A stretch of DNA of 64,000 bases. It comes from a virus. The position numbers and the translations under genes are program-made. Shown piece after piece: positions 8,486 through 19,300 of this stretch. Numbering within the stretch: the stretch's first letter is position 1; every line of letters starts with the position of its first letter. The DNA is taken from positions 1-64,000 of the IMG/VR virus record IMGVR_UViG_3300037322_000275. The stretch is one strand, 5' to 3'. Below the pieces are notes generated by a model. That model did not search any database. It saw only the letters and a list, made by a program, of their open reading frames with translations, and was not told where the DNA came from.

Positions 8486-11400
8486 ATGGAAAACAAAAAT
8501 GTAAGACAGTCATTTCAGAAAGCAATGAATAAAGATATTGCAAAATCAATATCACCTAATGAATTTTATTTTCACGGTCAAAACATAAGAATTGTTTCTA
8601 CAAATGCACAATCAACAGGAGCTGTCACAAATGAAAAAGGAAATTCTTTAGTAATTTCTTTACCTATTCCTATAATAGAACCTTTAAATAAAAGAATAAA
8701 ATATGCTGTAAATGGTATTGATAAATTTTTACCATATTTTGTAGAGTCTGGGCTACAACTGTATCCTAGAAATGAATTAGAGTCAAATTACTATGACATT
8801 GGTGTAAATACAAACGTTTTTTATGCATCAGGTAATCAAAGATTAATCGGTAATGCTTTAGTTAGAGATAACATTATTTTATTTTCTACAGATAACAATG
8901 GATATGATTGTATCTGGAAAGTAAATGATTCTACATTTAACATTGAATTGTTGTACATGAGAAATTTGGGATTTAATACTTTAAATTTAATACAATGTAT
9001 CAACAACTTTGAAAATGAAGAAATTGACAAGATATACTGGGTTGACGGTAAACATCAAACAAGATTTGTAAATATTCATCATTCTGTTGAAAACCAAGAT
9101 ATTGAAGAATTAATAGATTTAAGTTTTAACAGTATTCAATTTGTAGGAAGTTTTAGATTAAGTCAACCTAAAGTAACAGATGTAATTCAAGGAGGACTTC
9201 ATAAATCAGGAGTTATTCAATATGCATACAGCCTGTATAAAATTAATGGTGCTCAAAGTAAAATAAGTCCACTAAGTGATTTAATTGCTTTAAATAAAGG
9301 TGTTACAAATGGTGGTGGTGAAGTTAATGAAATCGTTGGTGCTGTACCTGTTGTAAGTGTAGAAAACCTGGATCAAACATATACAAATATTAAACTATAT
9401 GCGATTAAGTATACTTCTTATAATGAAACCCCTGAAGTAGCAGTTATCTTAGACAGAAGTATTGTAGGTGAAGATTCTATTCTTTACTATGATGATGGTA
9501 ATATTATAAACACACTTTCACAAGAAGAATTACTATTTATTGGTTCAGATATAATTATACCAAAGCATATAAATAGTAAAAAAAATATTTTGTTTTTTGC
9601 AAACTATAAAGAAAGAAATTTTGATGTAGATAACTACGGTAACGTAAATAGTATTGATACAAGAGCTTATAGTTTTCCAACATTAAGTACAACTACAAAT
9701 ATCTACAAATCTTTATATGATAACAGTGGTGTCATTGATTCAGAAGAACCTGCAACAGAAATAAATGCAGATGTTGTCAATGGTACAGAAACTGTTGAAA
9801 CTAAACATTCTGCAATAAACATTAACTATGACATCAATAACAAACAATATAATAGTAATGTTATAGGTGGTGAAGGAGCATATCTAAAGTACGAAATTGT
9901 CAGAAATCAAGTAGGTGTAGCTAACTTTACAACTAAAGACAGTGAAGGTAAATTTTTAAAAGATAATGAAATATACAGATTAGGAATTCAGTTTTACAAC
10001 AAGTATGGTCAAAACAGTTTACCTAAATGGATTTCTGATTTTAAAACAATTGTACCTACTGATAACAAATGTAATTTAAAAGGGTTTTATGCTTCCTTAA
10101 AATTGACATTAAAGTCTTCATTTTATGATTGGTTACTTAATGACAATAACTTTCTAGATGAAAATGGTCTGTTAGATGAAGAACTTAGACCTGTTGGTTA
10201 TCGTATACTACGTTCTGAACGAAGTCTTTTAGATAGAACAATTGTATGTCAAGGTTTAATTAATGGAATGATTTCTCAAGTTTCTGGAGATAGAACACAA
10301 GCAAATGAAACATCTCCTTTAACACAGGCTTATGTAGATAAAGTAAACAATGGTATAAAGATGCCATCAATGATGCGAAGATTTGATAATAACTTATGCC
10401 CAATGTTTCTTAATCAGTCATACAAAAGACTTGACAGATTTGATTTATCACATCCTCAATTTATTAACAACTTTGACACAGGTCCTGTACCCCCTGTAAA
10501 ACAGGATGCAGCAAATGAAGTATTTAAGGTAGCTCCTTCAGAAGACAGTACTGCAGGAACATATCAGTTTACAACATTAATGCAGATGTTTTCTCCTGAA
10601 ATAACATTTAACACTGTACAAAATTTAAGTTCTTCAAATCTAAATATTGTAGGAGGTCTAGAAAACAATTACAATTCTTCATGGTTACAAGCAAGAAGTA
10701 CTGAAACAAAAAACACACTACACGAAGTTAAAGTTTTTAATAGTATATCTCCTCACGACGTAAAATCAACATTGCCTGGAAATATTGAAATTATTAAAGG
10801 TGAAAAAAGATATATACAAGCACACGGTTTTTTTGGTTACCAAGATAACGAGGAAATGATGTTTGTACAAACAAACAGAACTTACACAAGTAATTTTAAT
10901 TATATTACAAATGCTCCATATGAAGTATATGGTAATCCTGAAATATCAGAAATAGGTCAAGATAGAAGAGTTTACAATAACGATGCTACAATGGCTTACT
11001 TTAATAATTTAAAACCTTTAGCTGCTGACTGGGTGTTAAACACAGTTAATAGTTGGGGTGCAAGAAATATAACTTTTGCTCTAGGATTTCCTGGTATGCT
11101 AACTACAAACAGACCTTCTTTAGAAGCTTTATTTTCAAACACAGGTATTTCTGATACAGGTGTAGGTTTAGTTGGTGAATTTAGAATTCCGAGAAACTTG
11201 ATTTATTTAGGTAACATTTATGGTGGTAACTCTTACGAATCTAAAAAAAGAAGTGCATATATTGAAGTAGGTAATTATAATAGCATTAATAACAACGTTT
11301 ACAACTGTTTACATTTTGGTGACACTTTTGTAAACAACTTTAAATTTACAAAGCTAGTTAAAACAACAACTGAAATCTATAGTGAAAATGTAGAACAAGT

Positions 11401-12646
11401 AACTGAAATTGTTGAATTTAAAGTTGAAACAACTGTTGATTTAAAAAACAGAAATGATATTTCTATAGATAGTTGGGATTCACGATTTCAACCAACAAAT
11501 GAAGAATTTCAAAAATACAATAAAGTTTATTCTCAAGAACCAAATTTAATTCTCAGAAGAGATTTAGATTATAAATTTAAAAGAATAAACTCTTTTGACA
11601 CAAATATAATTGCAAGCAAGCCTAAAATACCAGGTGAATTAATAGATAGTTGGACAGACGTGCTTTCTAACGAGACATTAACGTTAAATGGTAGATATGG
11701 TCCAATAAACTCATTACATAACTTTAAAGAAGAGCTGTACAGTTTACAGGACTCTGCTGTAGCTCTTTTGTCAATACAACCAAGAGTTCAAATAAATGGT
11801 TCAGATGGATTAGAAGTAGAATTAGGTTCAGGTAAAGTGTTACAGGAATATAGATATGTTAGTACAGAGTCAGGTACTAAAAACAAATGGTCTGTAGTAA
11901 GTTCACCACAAACATTTTATTACTTTGATGTAATCAACAAAAGTATAAACATGATGAACCAAAGTATCGTTAATTTAACAGATACAAAAGGACTACATAC
12001 ATTTACTACAAACGATTTAGTTACAACATCTCTCATTAAAGATAATCCTATATTAAAAGAAGGAGTTTCAGTAGGATATGATTACATAAATAACTGTGTA
12101 TTTTTTACATTTTTACAAGGTGAAAAATCAACAACATTGTCTTACAACGAATTGTTACAACAGTTTGAAAGTTTTTATGATTATCTTCCTAGCATGTATG
12201 TTGGTAGAGGAAATAACTTTTTAGCTTTAAATCCTGGAAACACACAATTATTTAAACAATATGCAGGTAATTATAATCAGTTTTTTAATATCTACTATCC
12301 TAGTTATGTTACTGTATTAGTAAATCCACAACCTGATTCAGATACAATTTTAGACAATATTAAATATAAATCTGAATTATATTTAAATGGTGTTGATCAA
12401 CCAAATAATACATTAACACATGTTCAAGTGTATAATGAATATCAAAACTCAGGACTTATTCCTTTAGCTTTTAATAGAAGTGGTAATTTAAGACGTAAGT
12501 TTAGAGATTGGGATATTATCTTACCAAGAAACAGTAACACAAGACAGCGTATAAGAAATCCCTGGAATTATTTAAAGTTGCAGTACTCGCACACAAATAA
12601 TTATCAATTAATCTTACATAATCCAATTATTTCATATACATCTTAA
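8486..12646 (+). CDS. Tail muzzle / stabilisation protein (P22 gp10-like)
   Basis: 1386 aa, beta-rich; AVTNEKGN, KIYWVDG, EIYRLGIQFY, GELIDSWT and RRKFRDW..RIRNPW motifs of crAss Tstab. Confidence 0.8.
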   Translation: MENKNVRQSFQKAMNKDIAKSISPNEFYFHGQNIRIVSTNAQSTGAVTNEKGNSLVISLPIPIIEPLNKRIKYAVNGIDKFLPYFVESGLQLYPRNELESNYYDIGVNTNVFYASGNQRLIGNALVRDNIILFSTDNNGYDCIWKVNDSTFNIELLYMRNLGFNTLNLIQCINNFENEEIDKIYWVDGKHQTRFVNIHHSVENQDIEELIDLSFNSIQFVGSFRLSQPKVTDVIQGGLHKSGVIQYAYSLYKINGAQSKISPLSDLIALNKGVTNGGGEVNEIVGAVPVVSVENLDQTYTNIKLYAIKYTSYNETPEVAVILDRSIVGEDSILYYDDGNIINTLSQEELLFIGSDIIIPKHINSKKNILFFANYKERNFDVDNYGNVNSIDTRAYSFPTLSTTTNIYKSLYDNSGVIDSEEPATEINADVVNGTETVETKHSAININYDINNKQYNSNVIGGEGAYLKYEIVRNQVGVANFTTKDSEGKFLKDNEIYRLGIQFYNKYGQNSLPKWISDFKTIVPTDNKCNLKGFYASLKLTLKSSFYDWLLNDNNFLDENGLLDEELRPVGYRILRSERSLLDRTIVCQGLINGMISQVSGDRTQANETSPLTQAYVDKVNNGIKMPSMMRRFDNNLCPMFLNQSYKRLDRFDLSHPQFINNFDTGPVPPVKQDAANEVFKVAPSEDSTAGTYQFTTLMQMFSPEITFNTVQNLSSSNLNIVGGLENNYNSSWLQARSTETKNTLHEVKVFNSISPHDVKSTLPGNIEIIKGEKRYIQAHGFFGYQDNEEMMFVQTNRTYTSNFNYITNAPYEVYGNPEISEIGQDRRVYNNDATMAYFNNLKPLAADWVLNTVNSWGARNITFALGFPGMLTTNRPSLEALFSNTGISDTGVGLVGEFRIPRNLIYLGNIYGGNSYESKKRSAYIEVGNYNSINNNVYNCLHFGDTFVNNFKFTKLVKTTTEIYSENVEQVTEIVEFKVETTVDLKNRNDISIDSWDSRFQPTNEEFQKYNKVYSQEPNLILRRDLDYKFKRINSFDTNIIASKPKIPGELIDSWTDVLSNETLTLNGRYGPINSLHNFKEELYSLQDSAVALLSIQPRVQINGSDGLEVELGSGKVLQEYRYVSTESGTKNKWSVVSSPQTFYYFDVINKSINMMNQSIVNLTDTKGLHTFTTNDLVTTSLIKDNPILKEGVSVGYDYINNCVFFTFLQGEKSTTLSYNELLQQFESFYDYLPSMYVGRGNNFLALNPGNTQLFKQYAGNYNQFFNIYYPSYVTVLVNPQPDSDTILDNIKYKSELYLNGVDQPNNTLTHVQVYNEYQNSGLIPLAFNRSGNLRRKFRDWDIILPRNSNTRQRIRNPWNYLKLQYSHTNNYQLILHNPIISYTS

Positions 12647-12650
12647 ATAC

Positions 12651-12696
12651 AAAAGGTATAGTTTATTTCAGAAAGATATATTCTATACCTTTTTTT
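12651..12696 (+). terminator. Intrinsic terminator
   Basis: aaaaggtatag...ctatacctttt stem plus T run. Confidence 0.75.
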
Positions 12697-12720
12697 ATTA
12701 TAAAAAATCCAGTAATTTAC

Positions 12721-12751
12721 TTGGATTATGTCACAAAATACATTATATTTG
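12721..12751 (+). promoter_or_regulatory. Promoter for the cargo operon (TTGG-N19-TATATTTG)
   Basis: Exact TAnnTTTG -7 element with a 19-nt spacer. Confidence 0.75.
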
Positions 12752-12795
12752 TATTTATACAAATATGCTTAACAATATATATATATCGATAAATT

Positions 12796-14538
12796 ATGAA
12801 TCAAAACGATTTAACACAAATAAACGAAGGCGGTACTCACTCACAGAATAGCTTAGGTGGCGTTCCAATGGGTAATGGTAACTCTGTAGAACAAGGTGAA
12901 ACAAAACAAGATAATTTTATTTATAGTGATAGAATTATTCTAGATGCAAACATGGTAAAGCAATTTGACTTACCAAAATCTTTTATTAATAAATCAATAG
13001 CAGATGCTACAAAAATAATTGATAAAAAGTTTATAGACAGAAATGATAAGATATCACAGTCTACTAAAGATTCAATGTTAGCAAAAATTGCTCAAGTTCA
13101 AGAAGCAATGAAACCTCAACCACAAGAACCACAAGAACCACAACAATCGCAAGAACAGTTTACACAGGATTCTGAATTAAATATGGACCCTGGTGGTCAA
13201 ATGTCAATGGGTGGTGAATTAGATGGTGCTGAAGGAATGGACCCTCGTCTTTCTGCTGCGGTAAGTGTGTTACCTTCATTACTAAGTGGTAATAAAAAAA
13301 GTATTATTGAAAGTGGTAGTCAAGCAGGCTTAGGTCTTGCAGGTACTCTAATTGGTGGACCTGTAGGTGGAATGATTGGGAGTACTATTGGAAAAACAGT
13401 GTCTCCTTTAATTTCTAAAATGATTTTAGGTAACAAAACTACAGAAGCAGAAAGAAATGAACGTATTGTACAAAATTCTCAATACAACAGTGATTTTGCT
13501 TACGGTGGTAAAATGTATGCTGATGGTGGTATTTTAGATAAACTTGGACCTGTCCCAACTGCAGATGATTTAGTTCAACCACGATCAATTGAACAAATAA
13601 AGGCATATCAAGCATCAAAAGGTTTAGCAGTAGATGGTGATTTTGGTAAAAATAGTAAAAAACAATTTGCATTAGATCAAAAAAATTATCAAACACCTGC
13701 ACCAAATCTTAATGGTTTAGGTACGTCTACTTCTAGATTTGATAAAATAGTTAATCCAGGAATTTCAGACAATAAAATAATAGGTAGTACACCAATAAGT
13801 GAACAATATTTAAGTCAATCTTTAATTGACGGTGATCAAGGAAAAATAAATACTTTTGATTCGTCAAAAACTTTAAATAAAGTTGGTGATACACTTGGAC
13901 AAGCTGCAAGATATGCACCTATAGCAATGAATGCTTATCAACTATCTCAATTAAAGAAACCTAAAGGACAAACTTTAGATAGACTTAACAATAAATTTAC
14001 ACCTGAATATGTAGATGAACAATCATTACAAAACAAAGTAAGCAATGAATATGATAACACTGTTAATGCAGTAACTCAAATGGGTGGTAGTCAAGGCGCT
14101 ACAAGAAATGCGATATTAGGTGCAGGATTGAATAAATCAAAAGCAATGAGTGAAGCATATATGAATGCAAATGCTCAAAATAGACAAATGAATCTTACAG
14201 GTCAACAATTTGATTTAAGTGTAAATCAAGCAAATTTAAATCAATCAAATTCTGAAATGGACATTAATGACAGAAATTCCGCAGCTTATAGAAACGAAAA
14301 ATCTAAATTTCTTTCTGAAATAGGTAATGGTATTGGTGATGTTGGTAAAGAAGAAGTATATAAAGACATTGCAAAGAAAACTACTGGTTATAAATGGACT
14401 GGTGAATATGTTAAAAGTCCAGATGGTAAAGTTGTAACAGATCCTGATACAGGTAAACCAATGACACAAGAAAAATTAAAATTAATCCAAACCTCTAAGA
14501 AAGCATTAGGTGGTTATCTAGTAAATAACAAAAAATAA
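12796..14538 (+). CDS. Virion cargo/ejection protein 1
   Basis: GGTHSQNSLGGVPMG...VEQGE N-terminus; Gly-rich hydrophobic GLAGTLIGGPVGGMIG; no Cys; follows the muzzle gene. Confidence 0.7.
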   Translation: MNQNDLTQINEGGTHSQNSLGGVPMGNGNSVEQGETKQDNFIYSDRIILDANMVKQFDLPKSFINKSIADATKIIDKKFIDRNDKISQSTKDSMLAKIAQVQEAMKPQPQEPQEPQQSQEQFTQDSELNMDPGGQMSMGGELDGAEGMDPRLSAAVSVLPSLLSGNKKSIIESGSQAGLGLAGTLIGGPVGGMIGSTIGKTVSPLISKMILGNKTTEAERNERIVQNSQYNSDFAYGGKMYADGGILDKLGPVPTADDLVQPRSIEQIKAYQASKGLAVDGDFGKNSKKQFALDQKNYQTPAPNLNGLGTSTSRFDKIVNPGISDNKIIGSTPISEQYLSQSLIDGDQGKINTFDSSKTLNKVGDTLGQAARYAPIAMNAYQLSQLKKPKGQTLDRLNNKFTPEYVDEQSLQNKVSNEYDNTVNAVTQMGGSQGATRNAILGAGLNKSKAMSEAYMNANAQNRQMNLTGQQFDLSVNQANLNQSNSEMDINDRNSAAYRNEKSKFLSEIGNGIGDVGKEEVYKDIAKKTTGYKWTGEYVKSPDGKVVTDPDTGKPMTQEKLKLIQTSKKALGGYLVNNKK

Positions 14539-14539
14539 T

Positions 14540-16363
14540 ATGGCTAATAGATATGACTCAGGGACAGTTTCGAAATTTAATCCTCTTAGTTTTCAAGAAA
14601 TAATGTTTGCACCTACAGCTATGAGGGTAAACCACGATGCTAGTATTAAACGTGCTGAAGAAAATGCACTAAAAATAGATTCTTTAGACGAACATTTAGA
14701 AGAATCCATGAAGTTAAAACAAGACATGAACAATAAAATTAGAACTCAAGTTGATTTAATTAATCGCGAAGGTTTTAATCCAAACACAACACAAGGACTT
14801 ACAACGTTAAATAGAGAATTTCAAGACTTAAGTTCTTCTACAGGTAGAGCAGGACAAATTAATGCTGCTAAAGTTATTGAGGCTATTGCAAAAAAGAAAT
14901 TTTATGATTCTGATGATGCCAAAAGTAATTCAGAAGAAGTAAATCAAATGAACTGGGAAAAATTTAGAAACAAATATACAGGTTATAATGAAGACGGTAG
15001 TATTAAAAATATTGGAGATCTTTCTGCTGTAAAATATGTAGATGAACAAAAAATGGTATCTGAATTAAGAGTTGATTTAGGTATGACAGAATCTGAATTT
15101 AAACAAGCTTCTTCAATGTTAAACGATACAGGTAATCAAAATGGTACAAGATTTACTGTTAATACCGCTCAAGCAACTTCCGAAGGTTCTAATCAAATTC
15201 AATTACAGCAAATGGCAGATTACTTAAACAGAAGAGTCTCTGACACTACAGATCCTTTTAGAAAATCTTTAGAATATACAGGTAGAGATGTAAATAAAGT
15301 ATGGAGTCAAATGACTTCTCACATGAACATGATGAAGAAAGATTTGACATCTAATGCTTTTTCACGTGAACTCAGTAATGTAGATTACTATACTCCTGAT
15401 AAAAGTGGAAATGAAGATCCTGATTCTGGTGATTACGAAGGAGTTAATGTAGAAACTGTAGATATAACATCAAACACAGATTCTTTAAACATTTTGACAG
15501 GAAATATCACATCTAAGTTAGTAAATCCTCCAAGAAATCTAAATACAATGAGTGGTGAGGATATAACAGAATATTATCAGAAGGTAAGAAACAACAATCC
15601 TAAAGCAATAAAAACTCAGTATATAAAATCAAATCAGTACAGAGTTTTAGCAAATAATGTCAGAAGAACACTTAACATGCAAGATAAAGCATTAGATAGC
15701 CAAGAAATTCAAGATGCAGTAGTAGAATATTTAAGAGAAAATAAAGATGCTGCAATAACAAACAGATATGTTGATCCAAATACAAATAGAAAGGCACTGT
15801 TGTTTGCAAGTAAAGAACTTACAGGTAAAGAAAATAAAGCAAATGCGAGTAGTCTGATTATGGAAAGAGCACAACAAGGTTCTTATTCTATAAGAACTGT
15901 AGAAGGTGAAGAAATAAAACAAGAAGATTTAGGTGATTACGAATTTACATATAGTGGAGATATGACTGCTAAATCTGTTATTAGAAAAGAGAACGGTAGC
16001 CCTATATTTAATAATCCCAAACAAAATATTGGAGCAAGAAGAGGTTTATTGAAAAATACAGAAACAGGAAAGACAGTTCCTGTCTATGTAAGTAGAAGTG
16101 ATGATGACTTTAACACACCTCAATGGAAAGGTATGAATATTGTTAACGGTATTACAAAAATAACAGACTCTCAGCCTGGAATATATCACGCTATTTCTGT
16201 AAAAGCCTTTAAAAAAGACTTTGGTATTAAAAAGTTTGAAGTTAAATATAACAAGAATTCAGAAACGTATAACGTTTCTTATACAAAAAGAAACGGAGTT
16301 CCTGTTGACAAAGAATTTTCAGATACTGATTTTCAAGAATATATTTTAAACACCCAATTATAA
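14540..16363 (+). CDS. Virion cargo/ejection protein 2
   Basis: MANRYD...FNPLSFQEIM N-terminus; no Cys; position in the cargo operon. Confidence 0.65.
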   Translation: MANRYDSGTVSKFNPLSFQEIMFAPTAMRVNHDASIKRAEENALKIDSLDEHLEESMKLKQDMNNKIRTQVDLINREGFNPNTTQGLTTLNREFQDLSSSTGRAGQINAAKVIEAIAKKKFYDSDDAKSNSEEVNQMNWEKFRNKYTGYNEDGSIKNIGDLSAVKYVDEQKMVSELRVDLGMTESEFKQASSMLNDTGNQNGTRFTVNTAQATSEGSNQIQLQQMADYLNRRVSDTTDPFRKSLEYTGRDVNKVWSQMTSHMNMMKKDLTSNAFSRELSNVDYYTPDKSGNEDPDSGDYEGVNVETVDITSNTDSLNILTGNITSKLVNPPRNLNTMSGEDITEYYQKVRNNNPKAIKTQYIKSNQYRVLANNVRRTLNMQDKALDSQEIQDAVVEYLRENKDAAITNRYVDPNTNRKALLFASKELTGKENKANASSLIMERAQQGSYSIRTVEGEEIKQEDLGDYEFTYSGDMTAKSVIRKENGSPIFNNPKQNIGARRGLLKNTETGKTVPVYVSRSDDDFNTPQWKGMNIVNGITKITDSQPGIYHAISVKAFKKDFGIKKFEVKYNKNSETYNVSYTKRNGVPVDKEFSDTDFQEYILNTQL

Positions 16364-16367
16364 TAAA

Positions 16368-19300
16368 ATGGAAGACGAAGATATAAATTTAAATTCCTCA
16401 CCTGGTGAGGTTCACAAAAAGATATTTAAAAATAAAACTCTTGCATTTAAAGATAGACCCTTTAAAAATTTAACAGACCAATCAGGAAATAGAGTTGTTC
16501 ACAATACAGGATTTGGTAAATCTAAGTATGACAAAGATATAATATGGGATGCTGAAGTAGACGATAAAGATATTCAAAGCTCTCTTAACGAACATCGTGC
16601 TCAAAGACAAAGTGGTTTAGAACAAACAGGATTTGGTTTATTAAGAACTACTGCAAAAGTGGCTACAGAAGTTGCAAAATTACCGTTTGTTATTGGTGGG
16701 CTTGCTGTAGCACCATTTGCTGAAGAAAATCAAGGATTAGAAACAGCTTTTAATAATCGATTTATTAAATTTTTTGATGGACTTAATGAAAATATCAAGG
16801 AACAACTACCTGTTTATACTAAAGAAGCTGTAGAAAAAGGTGGTTTTATGGACCATATTGCCTCTTCTGCTTTTTGGGCAAACGATGGTGCTGACGGTTT
16901 AGGTTTTATGTTATCAATGTTAGTACCAGGTGGTGTATTTAAAGCTCTCGGTGGATCTGCTAAATTATTTGGAGGATCTGTAAAAGCTCTACAATATGCA
17001 AGATTTGGTAAAGGTATTGAAGGTGCTCGAAAAGCAATAACTGCCACAGGACTTACAATCAATAAATTAGACAATATAATGATTCCTTTGTTCAACACTG
17101 TTGCAGAATCTGGTGCTGAAGCTAAAGGTGTATCTGATGATTTAATGTCTAGAAAGAAAGAATTTATTGCTGAACAAATAGAGATGTATGGGCAAACACC
17201 CGAAAAAGCTGAGGAACTGTTTAATGAACAAAAAGCTCTTGCAATGCAGAATACATTTAATTCAAATCTTGCAATATTAGCAATACCTAATTATTTACAA
17301 GCAAAATTGTTATTTGGTAAAACACCAAGTAAAGTATTGTTAGATAAAGTTAAATCTGAAGTAGGTAAAACAACTGTGAAAAATACAGTATTAAAAGCTG
17401 GGAAAAGAATTGCAGGTGCGTTTGCATCTGAAGGTTCTGAAGAAGTTGCACAGACTTCAACTGAACATAGAAACGTAGAAAAAGCTTTAAACAATAAACT
17501 TGGTAAAAGCTTTACTGACGACTATAATTTAATTACAGCAGGTGAAGATTTTATTAGAACATTAGGTACAACAGAAGGTCAAATTGCTGGTTTTTTAGGT
17601 GGAATTTTAGGTTCTCCTATTTCAGTAGTTGGTGGTTATAAACAAGATCTTGCTGATACTGTAGAAACTGCAAGACTTAGAGAAAAAATTAATGGTCAAT
17701 CATCAGCGTTTAGAGATATTTACGACACAGACATATATGAACAAGAAGAATATCTAAATCCTGAAACAAACGAAAAAGCTTTTAGACCAAAGGAAGTTGA
17801 TGGTAAAAAAGTAATTATTCCTGAAAATGTAGTTAAAATGAAAAAAGCTCTTGATTTAAATGAAGGGCTTTCTGAAAGATATGACAAAGCTGTTGAAGAA
17901 GGAGATTTAGAAACAATTGAAAAGCTTAAAAAACAAGGAGAATTTAATTTAATTACTAATTTTATAGGAGAAAATAAAGTTACTTTAGATGCTTTAAATG
18001 AAAATTTAAAAACATTATTTCCTGTTGTACAACCCGTAAATGGTGAAAAGTTAAGTCCTGAACAACTTTCTTCTAATTTAGAAAACAAGACAAGAGCAGA
18101 CAATATTATTAAAAAAGCAACACAGTTACAAACTGATTTAGTTTCTTTTAAAGACATGTCTACATCTTTAATAAAATTGAATAATCCTGAAAGCACAGAA
18201 ACACAAGTAAGTGAGTTTTTAAATAATCTTGCTTTTGCCTTTATTTCTGAACGTTCTGAAGAATTTGATGTAAAAGAAAAGTTAGATATTTTAATAAAAC
18301 AAAAAGCAGAATTAGAAAAAGGTAGTAGTACTGTAATTGAAGAAGTCCTAAATCCTAATTTTGTTGAAAATATAACTTCTGAATTTGATAGAACTGTTAC
18401 AACAAGAAGTACTAACCCAAGACTTGAATTACTTGATAAACAAATAAAGAATTTAAAAGAAGAATTAAAAAGTTCTGAAAAAGCAATTAACTCAACAATT
18501 TGGGATAATAAATTTCTTAATAAACAATTTAATAACCGAATTATTGCAGACAAAAAAAGTAAGGAAAACTTTGAAGTTAAAAACACAAAAAAAGCAGATG
18601 AAATTATTAAAAAAATTAATAGTGCTACAACTGTTGAAGAACTAAATAATTTGCCAAAAGTTAATGAAGATATAGATAAGGTTATTCAAGAAAAAGTTAA
18701 AAAAAAGAAAGAAGAATTAAAAAAACAAAAAGAAGATAAAGAAAAAGAAAAACGTAAAAAAGCAAAACAAGAAGACGAAGATTTTAATACACCTTCTGTA
18801 ACAGATATCGTGTCTACAGAAGGTTCTGTTATTACAGATGTCATTATACCTAAAGATAATGCAAATAATACTGTAGAAGAGCTAAAAGACATTGAAAATG
18901 GTACTGTTGATAGTGGCAAAGGTGTTAAAGTAATAAGTGCTGACAGAGAAACAGGTGAAGTTATTCCATTCATTGAAGAATTTTTCCCTTTGTATATGGC
19001 GTATGAAAGAACACCTGTTAATAAAAAAGGTAATGAAGTTGGCTTTCAAATAAATCAAAATCCTGGAAAAAATCCAAAAGTATTAGAAGCCCTTACTGCG
19101 TATAATAAAGGAGACTTTTCAAACATACAGTTGTTGCTTGATTATTTACCTATTAATGTACAATTTACTACTGATGTAAATGCACCAATTGAAACTAAAA
19201 GAAAAACAAATGAGACAGATCCTGCTACTCAAATACTAAGAGAAAGTCTTATATTCGCTTTGTCTAAAGGTGTTCCAATTGAAAACATTACAACCACAAT

